DNA of 64,000 nucleotides from Squalus acanthias. Its lineage: Eukaryota. Below the pieces are notes generated by a model. The model saw only the letters and a program-made list of their open reading frames with translations. It made no database searches and had not been told where the DNA came from. Position numbers and translations under genes: made by a program. The DNA is taken from positions 163,186,001-163,250,000 of the forward strand of contig CM059425.1 in the NCBI GenBank assembly GCA_030390025.1, in the 5' to 3' direction. Positions 36,734-49,784 of the stretch are shown one piece after another. Numbering within the stretch: the stretch's first letter is position 1; every line of letters starts with the position of its first letter.

Positions 36734-38232
36734 GTACACTGCAGAGCCGATTTAATCCCCCTGCTTTATTGAGGTGTATTTAATTACTCACTTTTTAATT
36801 AAAAATGATTGTCCATAGTTTTAATACATTATATTAATGTTAAAGTATGGAACTGTTAAGGAAGTTGTGTGTAGTTGTTTTGAAACAATATTGCATACTG
36901 TGCACTCCAGAACAATTCCCTTTCCTTCTTCCATACAACCCTCAGGAAGCAGTTGGGAGAGGGTGCTCTCCTGCTAATAAACTGGTTTCAGTTTTAAGGG
37001 TAGTGGAGTTGTTCATTTGGCTCAGATAGGCAATTGGAAAGACTACTTGAGGGAGAAGCCTCTCCTTTCCTTCAGTTTGAGTTGTATTCTCAGCTGTTCC
37101 TGAACTGGGATGTTGAAGGAAATAGTTATAGTTGTTGTAACTAAACCTTGTTCACTTGTATTTTTAATTTTAAAATCTGCATAAACGTTATATGTTTTGC
37201 TTTACACTATTTTTAATTCAGAACCTTGGGTAAAGCTGACCCTAACTATACCCCTAATAAATTGTGCAACACTAGAAATGAAACTTGTATTTGATCAAAA
37301 AAGTATGGACATAAGGGCCAATTTCCCTGATTGATTGGGTGCTCCTGACGAAGAGCGGTGGTCACAGGAAGTGCTGATTGTAAAATTGCCCACCCTTCCT
37401 GATTTTTGTATTCATTAGTTTAATCAATTTATACCCCCCTCCCCCTCCCTCTTATTCTTGACTGATTTGCTATATACCTACTTTATTTCTTGTCTCTTAT
37501 CATGGGAGGTTAATGAGGTAATGTCTCCTATACTCCAGGCCTGTCCTTGTAAATCCATTGCAAAATGAGTCTTTCATAAGTGGATATATATTTTATATTA
37601 AGTCAAGCTTACTATTCTACCTGGTGCACCTATACTTACAGGATGTGCTTCAGAACAGTCTATTAATTTTAATCCCTTTTTATTCTTTGTCTTCCTTTTA
37701 TGTCTGAATAAACACTCAAATTGATGTGGTAATAACTAACTGCCTTTATTTCCAGACCCTCTAGAATATTCCGTCAAAGAATAACAAAAGCAATACAAGA
37801 GAAGACATTGGAATGTAATTGTTACAATGTTCTTACTCCCATCTGAGGGTCATCTAGTGTTCAGTTAAAAATATACATATCATTTTCCACCATTGGATTT
37901 CTGCTTGGTGCCTCCAAAACTGACTGAGAATGGGAAATGAGTGAAGGATTACAGGTGCATGTTCAGAGTGGAGGGCCTAGTGTATTGCGCCACCATGTTG
38001 CTGCAGATGTCTGTTTCAAACCTAGACTTTTCCATAATGTAGTCTTTTGAAATTGTTTCCCTTACAATAAACTTTTTTCATTAATGTGCATCATAAAAAA
38101 ACCCTAATCTCTCATCTTAAATTGATTAAATAAATATTGCAGAGCCAGAAAATTAATACAATTAACTCTTCTCCAAGTGCTCAAAAATTCTGATTTTCAA
38201 TCTCCGGACAAAAGAAATTAGACTTTTGTAAT

Positions 38233-38999
38233 GGCCCAGAATTTGCTGGAGTGGGGCATCTCGTGGCGTGTACCGTGAGTTTGATTTTATTTTTTCTCCT
38301 CACCCTTTAGCTCCAATTATTTTTCACCATAAATTACTGGAAGTGCAAATTGCTAATGGTGCGGTGAGGTCAACGGAGTATCTGGGACCTTGGTGCACAA
38401 CAGGACCAATAGTCTATCTCCTTGACCAATAGTCTATCTCCTTAACCAATTAAATTTAAGGATAGAAAAAGAAACAGAGCAAATGCCGGAGAAGGAAATA
38501 GGAATAATTAAAGTCAAATTAGATACAGAAAGCAAAATAAAGAAAGGGAAAGAAAGATTGGATTAAGAGAGAGAGAGAGAGAAAAAAGAGACAAAGGAAT
38601 TTTTTTTTAATTTACAATTTACAAAACCTCTAGTTGCCAGAATGAGACTCCACAGTTTTAATTGTTTCCTTTTCTGGGTCTCCAAGGTTGAGTGGCATGT
38701 CAGGACCATAAATCACCTCATTAACAGGATCCTTGCACAGTGAAATAACCGCTCTAATTTTCTGCGGCGAGTTTAATTCATATTTACGGTGCAAATCCAG
38801 CAATTTCTTGAAACTCAACGGGGGGGGTTGACGGTGAGTTCCCATTTTTTGCCAGGGTAACGGTGCAGATAGTCAAGCAATAGTGCCGATTTGCAACCCA
38901 CACCGTATCTCTTCCTCGCCACAAATTGCTGTGTTTTTTACGCACTAATAACGGTGAGCATCATGAACTCGCCATTATTTTTCCAGCAAATGCTATGCC
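38233..38999. mobile_element. Harbinger-type MITE
   Basis: TIRs GGCCCAGAATTTGCTGGA / TCCAGCAAATGCTATGCC; AAT TSD. Confidence 0.8.
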
Positions 39000-39243
39000 A
39001 ATATATCTTTTTACTCTGTCAGCAGCTATTTAGGAATGAATATTAATATTTAAGCCATCGGAAAACTCAGTTGCCACCACATTAAGGTTTTATGGTTACA
39101 GTAAATATTGTCTTTAAATTCGTTTGGGTTTTACTTTACTTAAGCTGAAGAAACATTCAGAATAAAGTTGTTGAAATTCAGCAATCATTCTTAATTTCAC
39201 CCACTTCTAAGTGCATAATTTAATATTCTTTTTGTAATTGCAG

Positions 39244-39415
39244 GTGAAATATAAATCAATCAGGATTCCAAAATGGCTTTCTTTCTCTGAAATGCATCCT
39301 GTAGACTTTTATTCCTCCTATACCAAGAACTGTACTGGCAATTTCACAAATCGGGAAATTCAGGACATCAGAGCATTTTACTATGCAATGTGTGCTGAGA
39401 CAGACTTGATGCTTG
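39244..39415 (+). CDS. ARSK: ARSK coding exon (equivalent to exon 5)
   Basis: ttgcag|GTGAAA...ATGCTTG|gtaag, 172 nt. VKYKSIRIPKWLSFSEMHPVDFYSSYTKNCTGNFTNREIQDIRAFYYAMCAETDLML. Confidence 0.95.
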
Positions 39416-39879
39416 GTAAGTGATTCACTACTTCTGAAAAGTTGCATATAACACTATGAAGTTTAGCAGTAGGTGGTAGTGACTCAATACACACTAATTA
39501 CCTTGCATAACCTGCAAGTTCATACCAAAATTCATTAGGTGTGGATTTCACTCGTTGATGTCACTGTATTATAAATTTGGTGGTATTAATTTCCTTTTGT
39601 TTTTCCCCACCGCTCCCATTCCTAGGGGTGAACAAAGTCAATTTAATCTAGATCTAAATCTCTGCCATTTGGTAATCTTGGTCGATTTTTGTATTGCGCA
39701 TTGCTCCACTCACCCAATGATGTGGGCAAGAGACTGGCTTCCTTTCAATTTGAGAGGTGAGCTGCCAGCACTAATTGTTCTGCTTGTAGGCTGAAGGAGA
39801 AAACCTACTAGAACAAGCGTGTCACTTTCAAAAGCCAGTTTGCACTTCTTAAAGGTGAGGTGGAGTTTTCATTGGTGGA

Positions 39880-40830
39880 GTATAGGATGCATGTTGTGGA
39901 GCAGTAGGCACGATGTCAATAGCCCGATTTTCTGATACTGTGAAGGAGGTACTTATGGAAGAAATCAGGGCCTCAAGAAAGAAGTCCCATTTCCCTCAGA
40001 TGGCAGATGAGTGGCACAATAAATGCCAGCATGCATGGAGAGGGGTAGCTCAACAAGTCAGTACCAGCAAAATTAATCCCAGAACCTGGCTGTAGTACTG
40101 GAAAAAATGCAATAACCTTACCGGGATTGCTAAGTAAGACTCTTCTTCACCTCTCGCCTTACTCTGGATACAGCCCTGCAACACCACACTTCCCCCCCCC
40201 CCTCATCACTATCAATCCTTCCCTCCTCTGTTGCACAAACCTCTCCAATCACAACAGGGCACTTCACTACATCTCCTTCTGCTTACACTCACACATTCAA
40301 CACCTACTACTGTCCTCAACTGGCGCAAACAACATTCTGCTTTTATTTTATTTGGACTTGGATTAATTCTCTCATTTCTGTTAAGTTCTTTGATACTTGA
40401 CTCGGGCCGTGCAACTGTGCAGATAGAGAGGTGGAATCACCATCCCGAAGGTGCATCATCACTCACTCTCAGCTTTCCAAACACCAGCACAGAAATCAGC
40501 ATCCTGGGTGGTGTAAATAGTGAGTTGTAGGGCTCTGAACAGGATGATTCACTTTGTACATGAAGACAGGTGGAGGTGCAAGTGTAAAGGATAGCCCAGG
40601 AAATGGGTCACTGGAGGGTAAGCTCAGGTTCTAGCTCTGCTGAATAAAGCAGAAATGCAGATTTTAGGGGTCTTCAAAAGAAAAATGTTTTTTGTGCAAT
40701 CAGCAATTGCTCAATGTATTGGACAGCCTGCCAGATAGCTACCGCCACATGTTGAAGATGGTACAGGAGTCCGCGACTAACTTCTGTAGGATTCTGGTGC
40801 ATGACATCGACACTTTACAATGAACACTGG
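39880..40830 (+). mobile_element. Old Harbinger Myb-gene remnant
   Basis: ORF 39913 ARFSDTVKEVLMEE...INPRTWL resembles the Myb exon 1 of the other copies; donor-like gtaag at about 40134. Confidence 0.55.
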
Positions 40831-40929
40831 TCACCTCAATGGATGCTGCAGCTGGGTTTTCCTTGCACCAAATGGGTGGTGAAATTAGATGATTTTCCAC
40901 TATCTTCATCCAGCAGTTGACTGCTCAAA

Positions 40930-42310
40930 TGCATTTCCACGCCCCTGTGCTCACTAGCATTGTCAATTGTTCCTCTACTCTGGTACCATCCTCCTACCCT
41001 ACAAAACTCCCTTTCCTCAAAAATGCCCAACCACTATCCTCTCCAACTACCACCCCATCTCCAATTTCCCTTTGCAGTCCAAGATCCTTAAATTTGTTAT
41101 CTACTCCCTACTCCAGGCACATTTCTCCCACAATTCCCTGCTTCAGTACCTTCAGTTTGGTTCCCTCCCCACCCACAGAATCAAGACCATTAAGGTCAGA
41201 GTAGCCAACAATATTCTTTATGACTGTGACCACAACATCTTATCCTCCTTGGCCCCTTAACTCCCCTGTGGCATTCGACACTGCTGCTTATGTTGTCCTC
41301 CACCGCCTTTTGTCCATGATCCACCTCCACGTGATCGCTCTTGCGTGGCTCCTCTCCTACCTGTCCCAGCACAGCCAATAATGGCATCTCCTCACACCTC
41401 CTCAAGGTCACCGCCGATATACCCCTCGGTTTCATCCTTGGCCCCTCATTTTCATCATTTACATGTACTTCAATTATAAAATCTGTAGGCAAGAAATAAG
41501 TTTCCATATGTATGCCAATGACACCAGCTGTACCTTCCCTGACTCCACGACTATCTTTGTGTTGTTAGACTGGCTATCCAACAGCAAGTTGTAAATGAGC
41601 CTGAATTCCCTCGAAGTGAACATTCGGAAGACTGAAGCCATCATATTTGGCCAGCAGTAAAAATTCCATACCATATGGTGCACAACCTTGGTGCCCTGCT
41701 CAACCCAGAGCTGAGCCCCAAACCTCATGTCCTAGTCAGCATCAAGATCACTTGCATGTACATCCACCACATCACCCATCTCCGCCCATAGCTTTCTCCT
41801 GTTGCTGCTAAAACCCTTATCCATGCTTTTTTCACCTCCACTCGGTTTTCTCAAACACCTTCCTTGTTGGCCTCCCACAAATGTTACCCTCCACATAATT
41901 CAGCTCAACCAAAATTCTTCTCTGAATCCTGTCCCGTACTAAGCCCCACTTGCTCATTAGTCCAATCTTAGCTGACTGACATTGACTCCCTATCCCTCAA
42001 ATTTTCATCTTCATCTACAAGCCCCTCTTGCGTTGCTCCACCCTACTTCAAGATCTTATGTCCCATCCTGAGCCCTTAAGTCCTCCAACTCTGGCCTCCT
42101 GTGCATCCATGGCTCCCCTCTATCATCATGGGCTGAGCTTTCAGCTGCATCATTGCTCCCATACCCCTCAATCTCGCTTCTTACTCACACCTTATTAATC
42201 TGAAAATGCCTTTTGGTCGCTATCTCACTTATGCTCAGTGTTCATTGTTCCCCTTTGCAAAGTGTCTTTGGACATTTTTCTACATTAAAGGAAGCATATA
42301 AGTGCAGTGT
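40930..42310 (+). mobile_element. Decayed L2 LINE
   Basis: LSNYHPISN...KILK, LGPSFSSFT and YANDTSC remnants; L2-type 3' end. Confidence 0.75.
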
Positions 42311-42529
42311 ATTCTCCTTTCCCTTTTGTAAAGAGCTCTTTTTGTCATGTGAGGTATTATAAAAAGGCAAGTTATTGGTGGGTGTTGGTACTGTTATTTG
42401 CAGCTTATATAAAGCAGTAATAGTTTTATTTTTAATTTAAATATATTTTACACAAGGTAACCCGATTCCTAGAACATGTAGTTAGTGACATGATGTGATA
42501 AATGGTTATCTCATGTACGTGGAATACAG

Positions 42530-43172
42530 AAACCCGATTTTAACTCTGGGCATGAGTGCGGAGGCCGGGTGGGTAGGAAGCACCCATGACGGCACCTGTG
42601 TGAGGCCCAGGCCATTTTAACTCTTGTGCCTCGTTACCATGTTGGAGGATGGGCTCCCGACTGAAACTGGCGGGAATCACTAGGTAGCCGGCGCAGGTGG
42701 GAACGGGATTTTGTGCGGCAGGAGGCCAGGGCCCCGAGGGAATGGTCCCTGGTACTAAGTGATCAGTGGGGCTGCATAGCCTGGAAGGCATCACCTTCAG
42801 AGGAGGGGGAAGGAAGTTCAGGGCAGGGGCCCTTAAGGAAACCTTTATTTTTTTTAAATAAACACTTACCAGGGCCTCTTCTGGCCATGCTACTACATGC
42901 CACCAGATTTCAGTGGCGAATCCTGCATTGTGTTTGACTTGTGCGGGTTAAAATTGAGTTAGGATCCGAATTATGTCATTGGCCTGCGACTTTTACATTT
43001 TTGTGAGGCCTTCATCTGCCTGTGACAGGCGCCTTTCCTGACACCAGAATCAGCGCAATTCAAATGGCGGCAGGTGCAAACATGTCAGGAATGCAGCGGG
43101 AAGCGCCCGGCTGCATTTTAACCCCCCACCCACCCCCATTTCCACTGGGCTAGCACAGTTAAGATTGGGCTT
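42530..43172. mobile_element. Probable Harbinger-type MITE
   Basis: GC-rich island bounded by imperfect IR AACCCGATTTTAACT / AGTTAAGATTGGGCT; TSD not clean. Confidence 0.5.
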
Positions 43173-43899
43173 AGAATTTCCATGTATGTGGGAGAATAAT
43201 TCAACCGTAACTAATTCCCCACAATTGCCGATGATTAATGAGGGAACAAAATGTCACGGCTGTGATCTCGGCACAAGTGAGCAGTAACCATAGCATCTGA
43301 GCTTTCTGTGATGTCAATACCAGTAATACAGAACGGACGTAAAATAAAAATTAAATCCCTCCATGCTGGCTTTAAGCATTTGTAAGCACGCTACCTACTG
43401 CCATAGTAATTACCTGAGTACACTCGTATAAGCCTTGAACATTATACAATTCAAGGCACACCAGAACTATTGAAATAAAATTGAAGCAAAAATAATTATA
43501 CATGCCCCACTTACAAACACATCACCAATATAGATGTAACATTCCCCTTAACTGCAACTATTTTCCCTCCACAGTGTAAAGCTTGAAACCTAATGGACAA
43601 CTAAAATTTGACTTTCAACATAAACTTCCATTTTGACAGAATTACTGTAAGAAATATTTTATGATTGTGAAAATCCCAACTTCTGAAAAATATTAATGTT
43701 TTAAAATATATTTATATATCTTTTGAAATACTATCCTACCTCCATCACTAAGAGCAATCCATATCTACCTAGTCAGCTTCTAACCACCACAGATGTTATG
43801 GTATTCATTATTTACTGATGAGCAAATAGAATGATTTCTAATAGATAACAAAAACAAAGATACACAACATTAAATACTGAAATAACATGCTGCATGACT

Positions 43900-44390
43900 A
43901 TTTGCATTTCTGTAGTGCACCGTGTGTAAAGAAAACATCAAGAAGTGCTTAACAAGGTGGAAAGTGGAAACTCAGCAGAGGGAAAGTTGGAAAAGTTAGA
44001 AGAGGCAGAATGCACAGTCAAAAGGGTGATGGATATACTGGACATTGTGTGGGAGAGGATGCAGTACCCAACATTCTGTGGAAGATAGTGGTGGAGAGGC
44101 CGGTGAGGAGACTGACCATTGGAGAAGTCAATCTTCATAGAGATTAAAGCATTAATAAGGGAGGAGTATAGATGGTTTTGGAAGTGTAAGCTAGTGGCCT
44201 TGGCAACAAACTTGATTTGGGATAGAAAGCTCAGCTCAGGGTTGAACAGGATGCTGAGGTTCCACACCTCTGGGTTAAGCCTAAGGAGAAAAGTGGAGAG
44301 ATTGATGTAATGCAGCCCAAAGCACAGAGGTGCTGGCAGAAGCCAAAGAGGGATAGCATTGGTTTTGCTGACTCTGGAAATAGGGGAATG
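43900..44390 (-). mobile_element. Old L2 fragment
   Basis: NLSILFNPELSFLSQI...LINALISMKIDFSN. Confidence 0.6.
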
Positions 44391-45615
44391 TTTTGTTTTA
44401 TTTTGATTTTCTTAAATACAGCTAGGGTCAAAATGGATGTCTACCTTCACTAGTCACAAGATGAAAGACAGATGGTTTGTGTTTGGGGAAACGGGTAACT
44501 GATAGATTTCATACATACACACAGCTTGACTGACAGAAATGCAGACAGCTTGTTCTCTCTGATTACTGAGCCATTAAAGAAACCATTATGTGAAGCCCAG
44601 TCTGGAGTGAAATATACAAATAAAACTACAATTTCCAACCATTAACACTTCCCTCAAGGTGTAAAAACTGTTACCATCTCTTATTTACTTTGCTGATTTA
44701 CTTCAAAAGAAATAGTATGCCATACAACCGTAGTACCAGCTGCTAGTTTTTAGTCTGACATAAGAGCTAACAAATTCTGAAGGAAACTGAAATGTACACT
44801 GTTCCTGTGCAACATCTCATCTTGAAAGTCTACAAAAGAAAAAAACCTCAAGACCTGATATGTTGCCAATAGACTAAGAAGTAGTTTACTGAAAAAGGTG
44901 TATTAATCCTGTGGGCTGCTTCTAGTTCCATTGTTCATTATTGTGCTGTTTTAGTATCTTGGAATGTCATTTTGTTTCTGTATATTTACCTGTAAATAAA
45001 TATGACCAAGTAGTTTTAATCTAGACGCATTAGTCTGGCGCAATGACAAGTGTTCAAAGTAACAATTGCTGTATAATGATTGTCCACCACTATGATGCAC
45101 TTATTTATCATTTTACAAAATACAGAGGGACTGATTTTCCACTCGTTTGTGCTTGGGGAATGCTCCATTTCCAAGCATAGAGGAGAAGGAAACTGGACAG
45201 AGACCCTTGACACCAGATCTCTGCTGCTGTTATGCTCTACAGGGATTTCTGTGCTTTGTCTGGAGGTGTGGGGAGGTGAATGTCTGCACCTACAATAAGT
45301 CCTGCCAAAGATATAACTATTGTAATGAGGCAGGAGGGGCATTCCTGGCCAGACACTGCCAGAAGGCACGCCTGCACCAGAGGATAATGTAAGACACGTG
45401 GTTTCATGTCATTGTAGGCAGAATGCACGTCAAGTACCTAAGCGCATTGGGGTGGGAGGGGGGAGGACAGCAAAATCAGCTCTAGAAAGGAGAAGACTTT
45501 TGATAAGGTAAAATTAAAGTTTTTCACTTTTTGTGTTGTGTATAATGAATTTTCTGCTCATTGGTTTGCCAGAGTTAGAATTATTACATTTGACTAATTG
45601 TTTCTATTTACACAG

Positions 45616-45840
45616 GTGAGATTTTAACAGCTCTTCGTGACACTGGGCTCCAAAACAATACTTATATAATTTTTACTTCTGATCATGGTGAACTGGCAAT
45701 GGAGCATCGTCAGTTCTATAAAATGAGTATGTATGAGGGAAGTTCTCATGTTCCTTTACTGATGGTTGGACCAGGTATCCCAGGAGGACAACAGATTTCA
45801 AATTTGGTATCTCTTGTGGACATTTATCCAACTCTTCTCA
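45616..45840 (+). CDS. ARSK: ARSK coding exon (equivalent to exon 6)
   Basis: cacag|GTGAGATT...CTTCTCA|gtgagt, 225 nt. GEILTALRDTGLQNNTYIIFTSDHGELAMEHRQFYKMSMYEGSSHVPLLMVGPG...SLVDIYPTLL, with the sulfatase SDHG motif. Confidence 0.95.
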
Positions 45841-47296
45841 GTGAGTAAAGAATTTAAGTGCTTGAGATTAATAAGAATAAAATAGTTTACATAGAATTAT
45901 ATCTGCTAATCGATGTTTGGTAATGTAGATTATGCCCATAGCCTTCACCTCTGAAATCTGCATTTTAATTCAGCCTAAACTGAAAGGATGAAAGTTTTCT
46001 TGAATTAAACCTCAAAGGATCTTTATTTGGGTAGTCTCAAACCAGCTCCAATTGCTGGACACCACCCATAATTTGTCATTAAATTAGCAATCAAGGATGC
46101 AGAGATCCTAGATATATAAACATTCTGGTATTTGACCAGAATTTACTCATTAGAACAGGGGCAATAATAAACCTTACTATTAATGGAATTTTGCTCTTCT
46201 GTTTTCCTTGCCCAAGTTTTGAAAGTCAACTAGATTAGAAGGTCATGAAATGGCATTTTATTCATTTCCAACCACCCTGATTTATGTATCTTGTTATAGA
46301 ATTAGGGTTTGAAAAATACAGCATCCGTATAGCCAATAGTTACTGTTGGCTTGACACCTTGGGGCCAATTTTCAACTTCTGCCTGAAACAGACACAAAGT
46401 TGGTAGAATAGCTGCACTGTGCACCTGAAGCCGGCATCCCCCCCGCCACTCCAGAAATGTACCACCAATTTTGTGCCTCAAACATCTGAACTTCCTCTTT
46501 CAGCTTTCATGCATTTTATGTTTTTTTTCTATCAATGCAAGTGAAGGAATGTTGTGTATACCTATGGCTTAAGGTACAAAGCCCAAGTAATTATTTGTCT
46601 TCATATGTCACAACTGCTCGAGATGTCAGCTTTTTTGGAACCTGCATCTATTTTTAAAGCTACTGATTAGCGTTTGCTGCTTGGCACATATGCATGAACA
46701 ATTCTATTAAATGCCCTAATAGGTAACACCTGGAAACTCACCTTTTGGGTAGCGTAGAAGGAGCTCTGTACTGCATGCAGCACCTGACCTGAGAGCGCCT
46801 GATGCTGACACCGGGTATCAACCTTTTTAATTCCCCAGCAAATACATCCCCCTCCTTGATGCCAAGAATTCTGCCCTACCTGAAAAAAAAAAAGTGTGGT
46901 TTTAGAATTGTTTTGTGCTCCTCAGTTAAAAGGGAGATGCCCCTGGAGATGGTAGAATTTTCTTGAGATTAGCTGTGTTTTAATACAACCATCTATGGTT
47001 GAGAGAAGCAGAATTCAGTTATTTGTTGAGCAGTACAAAGTGATTTAATAACACAATAGAAAGTAAAATTTATACACTGTTTGTATACCTCATCAGTTTA
47101 TAACAGACTTTCAGCAAGCAAAATGTTCCCTTTACCAATTTGTCACTGAGCAGAAACTGTAGCATCATTGTTCCTTTTTAACCAAATGTTGAATGGATTT
47201 CTATTAACTGATAATCTAAATGCAAATAATTCTTTATGCACAGAATTATAATTCATTACAATCACTTTCAAAGCAACAATTTCATTTTCCATTTAG

Positions 47297-47518
47297 ACAT
47301 TGCCGGAATCCCTCTTCCTGGAAACCTAAGTGGGTATCCTCTGCTCCCGTTGTTGAGAGGATTTGGAGAGGAAATTTCTAGAAAAATTCCACGACCTGAC
47401 TGGATTTTCAGTGAGTTTCATGGCTGCAATGTAAATGCCTCCACCTATATGATTAGAACTGGCAGATGGAAGTATATAGCCTACGCAGATGGCATTTCTG
47501 TACCTTCCCAGCTGTTTG
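47297..47518 (+). CDS. ARSK: ARSK coding exon (equivalent to exon 7)
   Basis: atttag|ACATTGCC...CTGTTTG|gtaag, 222 nt. IAGIPLPGNLSGYPLLPLL...PDWIFSEFHGCNVNASTYMIRTGRWKYIAYADGISVPSQLF. Confidence 0.95.
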
Positions 47519-47612
47519 GTAAGTCTAGTTAAAATAACTTTATGGATTCTCAATTCTCTTTTATAATGCAGCAAAATTGATGACCATGACAATCATTCTA
47601 TGTATAAATTTC

Positions 47613-48410
47613 CCGTGCACGCGCAGGAGATGCAACACATGCCCTTATACCTCCCCTCTTCCCACTGTCCAGGGCCCCAAACACCCCTTCCAGGTGAAAC
47701 AGCGATTTACTTGTACTTCCTGCAATTTAGTGTACTGTATTCGCTGCTCACGATGTGGTCTCCTCTACATTGGGGAGACCAAGCGCAGATTGGGTGACCG
47801 CTTTGCGGAACACCTCCGTTCAGTCCGTAAGGGGGACCCCGAGCTCCCGGTCGCCTGTCACTTTAATTCACCGCTTCACTCCCACTCTGACCTCACCGTC
47901 CTCGGCCTATTACACTGTTCCACGGAAGCGCAGCGTAAGCTCGAGGAACAGCACCTCATCTTTCGTTTAGGCACGCTACAGCCCTCTGGACTCAATATCG
48001 AGTTCAACAATTTTAGATCATAACCTCAGCTCCAATCACATTTATATTTTATTTTTTCCACCCTTTTATTTGCCCCCCCCCCCCCCCCCCCACCTTTTTT
48101 TTTCCTCCTAGAAGCTGGCAGCTGTCCTTCATTCTGCCAGTGGATTTCACACTTCTTTCAGCCTTAATCTGTCACATTAACACCACCTCTAGCCTTGCAT
48201 ATCTCTTAATGTCTCTTCATCTCCCCCTTTTCCCAGCTTTACCCTGGCCTTAAATCTATTTGATTTCCGGCTCTTCCCAGTTCTGATGAAAGGTCATCGA
48301 CCTGAAACGTTAACTCTTTCTCTCTCCACGGATGTTGTCTGGCCCGCTGAGTTTTTCCAGCGTTTTCTGTTGTTATTTCGGATTTCCAGCATCCGCAGTA
48401 TTTTGCTATC
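47613..48410 (+). mobile_element. 5'-truncated Penelope-like element (family B, Neptune-type): open GIY-YIG domain plus pLTR
   Basis: ORF to 48023: CTRRRCNTC...LVYCIRCSRCGLLYIGETKRRLGDRFAEH...GLNIEFNNFRS; 15-bp TSD CTATGTATAAATTTC (47598-612, 48411-25). Confidence 0.92.
48279..48315 (+). ncRNA. Minimal type-I hammerhead ribozyme (family B)
   Basis: AGUU-CUGAUGA-A-AGGUC(AUC)GACCU-GAAA-CGUU-AACU; canonical core. Confidence 0.85.
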
Positions 48411-48912
48411 CTATGTATAAATTTCATGTTTTCAAAATGAGTATCTACAAAAATGTATTTATTATGTTATTAATTTGCTGTTACACATTTCATTCAGGTT
48501 AGAAAGTCTCTGAAATTTTTGAGCACTTACAAGATTTGCTATCTTAAATTCTATAGTATCCAATCCAATGTGCTCTATACCCTTATGTCACTGTTTTATA
48601 CTATGCTAATATGAAGTTTCTATATTTTCGGTTTATTGAAAGTCAACAGTTTGACCATTCCTTATTAATTATTTGGCAGTTTATACTGTATATTTAGGTA
48701 TCAGCCATGGCTCAGTAGTATCACTGTGTCATTTGTAGGCAAATTAAAGAAAGATGCAAGAACTACTGAGTAGTTGTAATGGGGAACTTCAATTATCCTA
48801 AACTTTTAGAGATAATAATCTGGGACAAAATTAATTGGCATTTGGAAAAGCATGGGCTATTAAATGAAAGTCCGCACTGATTTGTTAAAGGCATATCGTG
48901 TTTGCCTAACTT

Positions 48913-49141
48913 TTATATTTATTACATTTGCCAATATTTATCCCTCAATCAACCTCACTAAAAAAAATTATCTGTTCATTATCACATTGCTGTTTGTGGG
49001 AGCTTGCTGTGTGCAAATTGGCTGCTGCGTTTTCCTACATTACAACAGTGACCACTTCAAAAATAGTACTTCACTAACTGTAAAGCGCTTTGGGACATCC
49101 TGAGGTCGTTAAAGGCGCTGTATAAATGCAAGTCTTCTTAT
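48913..49141 (+). mobile_element. Deu-domain SINE (SacSINE1/AmnSINE-like), 5'-truncated, inside an old CR1
   Basis: GCTGTTTGTGGGAGCTTGCTGTGTGCAAATTGGCTGC...AAGCGCTTTGGGACATCCTGAGG...TATAAATGCAAG; CTAACTT on both sides (48906-12, 49142-48). Confidence 0.75.
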
Positions 49142-49199
49142 CTAACTTGATTGAGTTCTTTGAGGTAATGGAGAGGGTTGATGAGGGTAGTATGGTTGA

Positions 49200-49626
49200 T
49201 AGAAACATAGAAGATAGGAGCAGGAGTAGGCCATTCGGCCCCTCGAGCCTGCTCTGCCATTTAATGAGATCATGGCTGATCATCCAAATTCAGTACCCTG
49301 TCCCTGCTTTCTCCCCATATCCCTTGATCCCTTTAGCCTGAAGAAATATATCTAACTCCTTCTTGAATATATTTAATGAATTGGCCTCAACTGCCTTCTG
49401 TGGTAGAGAATTCCACAGGTTCACCACTCTCTGGGTGAAGAAATTCCTCCTCATCTCAGTCCTAAATGGCTTACCCCTTATCCTTAGACTGTGACCCCTG
49501 GTTCTGGACTCCCCCGCCATCGGGAACATCCTTCCTGCATCTAATCTGTCTAGTCCTGTTAGAATTTTATAAGTTTCAATGAAATCCCCTCTCATTCTTC
49601 TAAACTCTAGCGAATACAAGCCCAAT
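49200..49626 (-). mobile_element. CR1 3' end
   Basis: LGLYSLEFRRMRGD...FFTQRVVNLWNSLP; same tail as 21059. Confidence 0.9.
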
Positions 49627-49784
49627 GGACTTTCAAAAGGCGTTTGACAAAGTACCATATAATAGACTTGTTAGTAAAATTAAAGCCCATGGAATTAAAG
49701 GGACAGTGGCAGTGTGGGTACAAAATAGGTTAAGGGACAGAAAGTAGAGTGCGATGGTGAACGGTTGTTTTTCAGACTGGAGGG

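Noticed and set aside
37344..37375. Hammerhead (CTGACGAAGAG)
   Set aside because: No stem II followed by GAAA.
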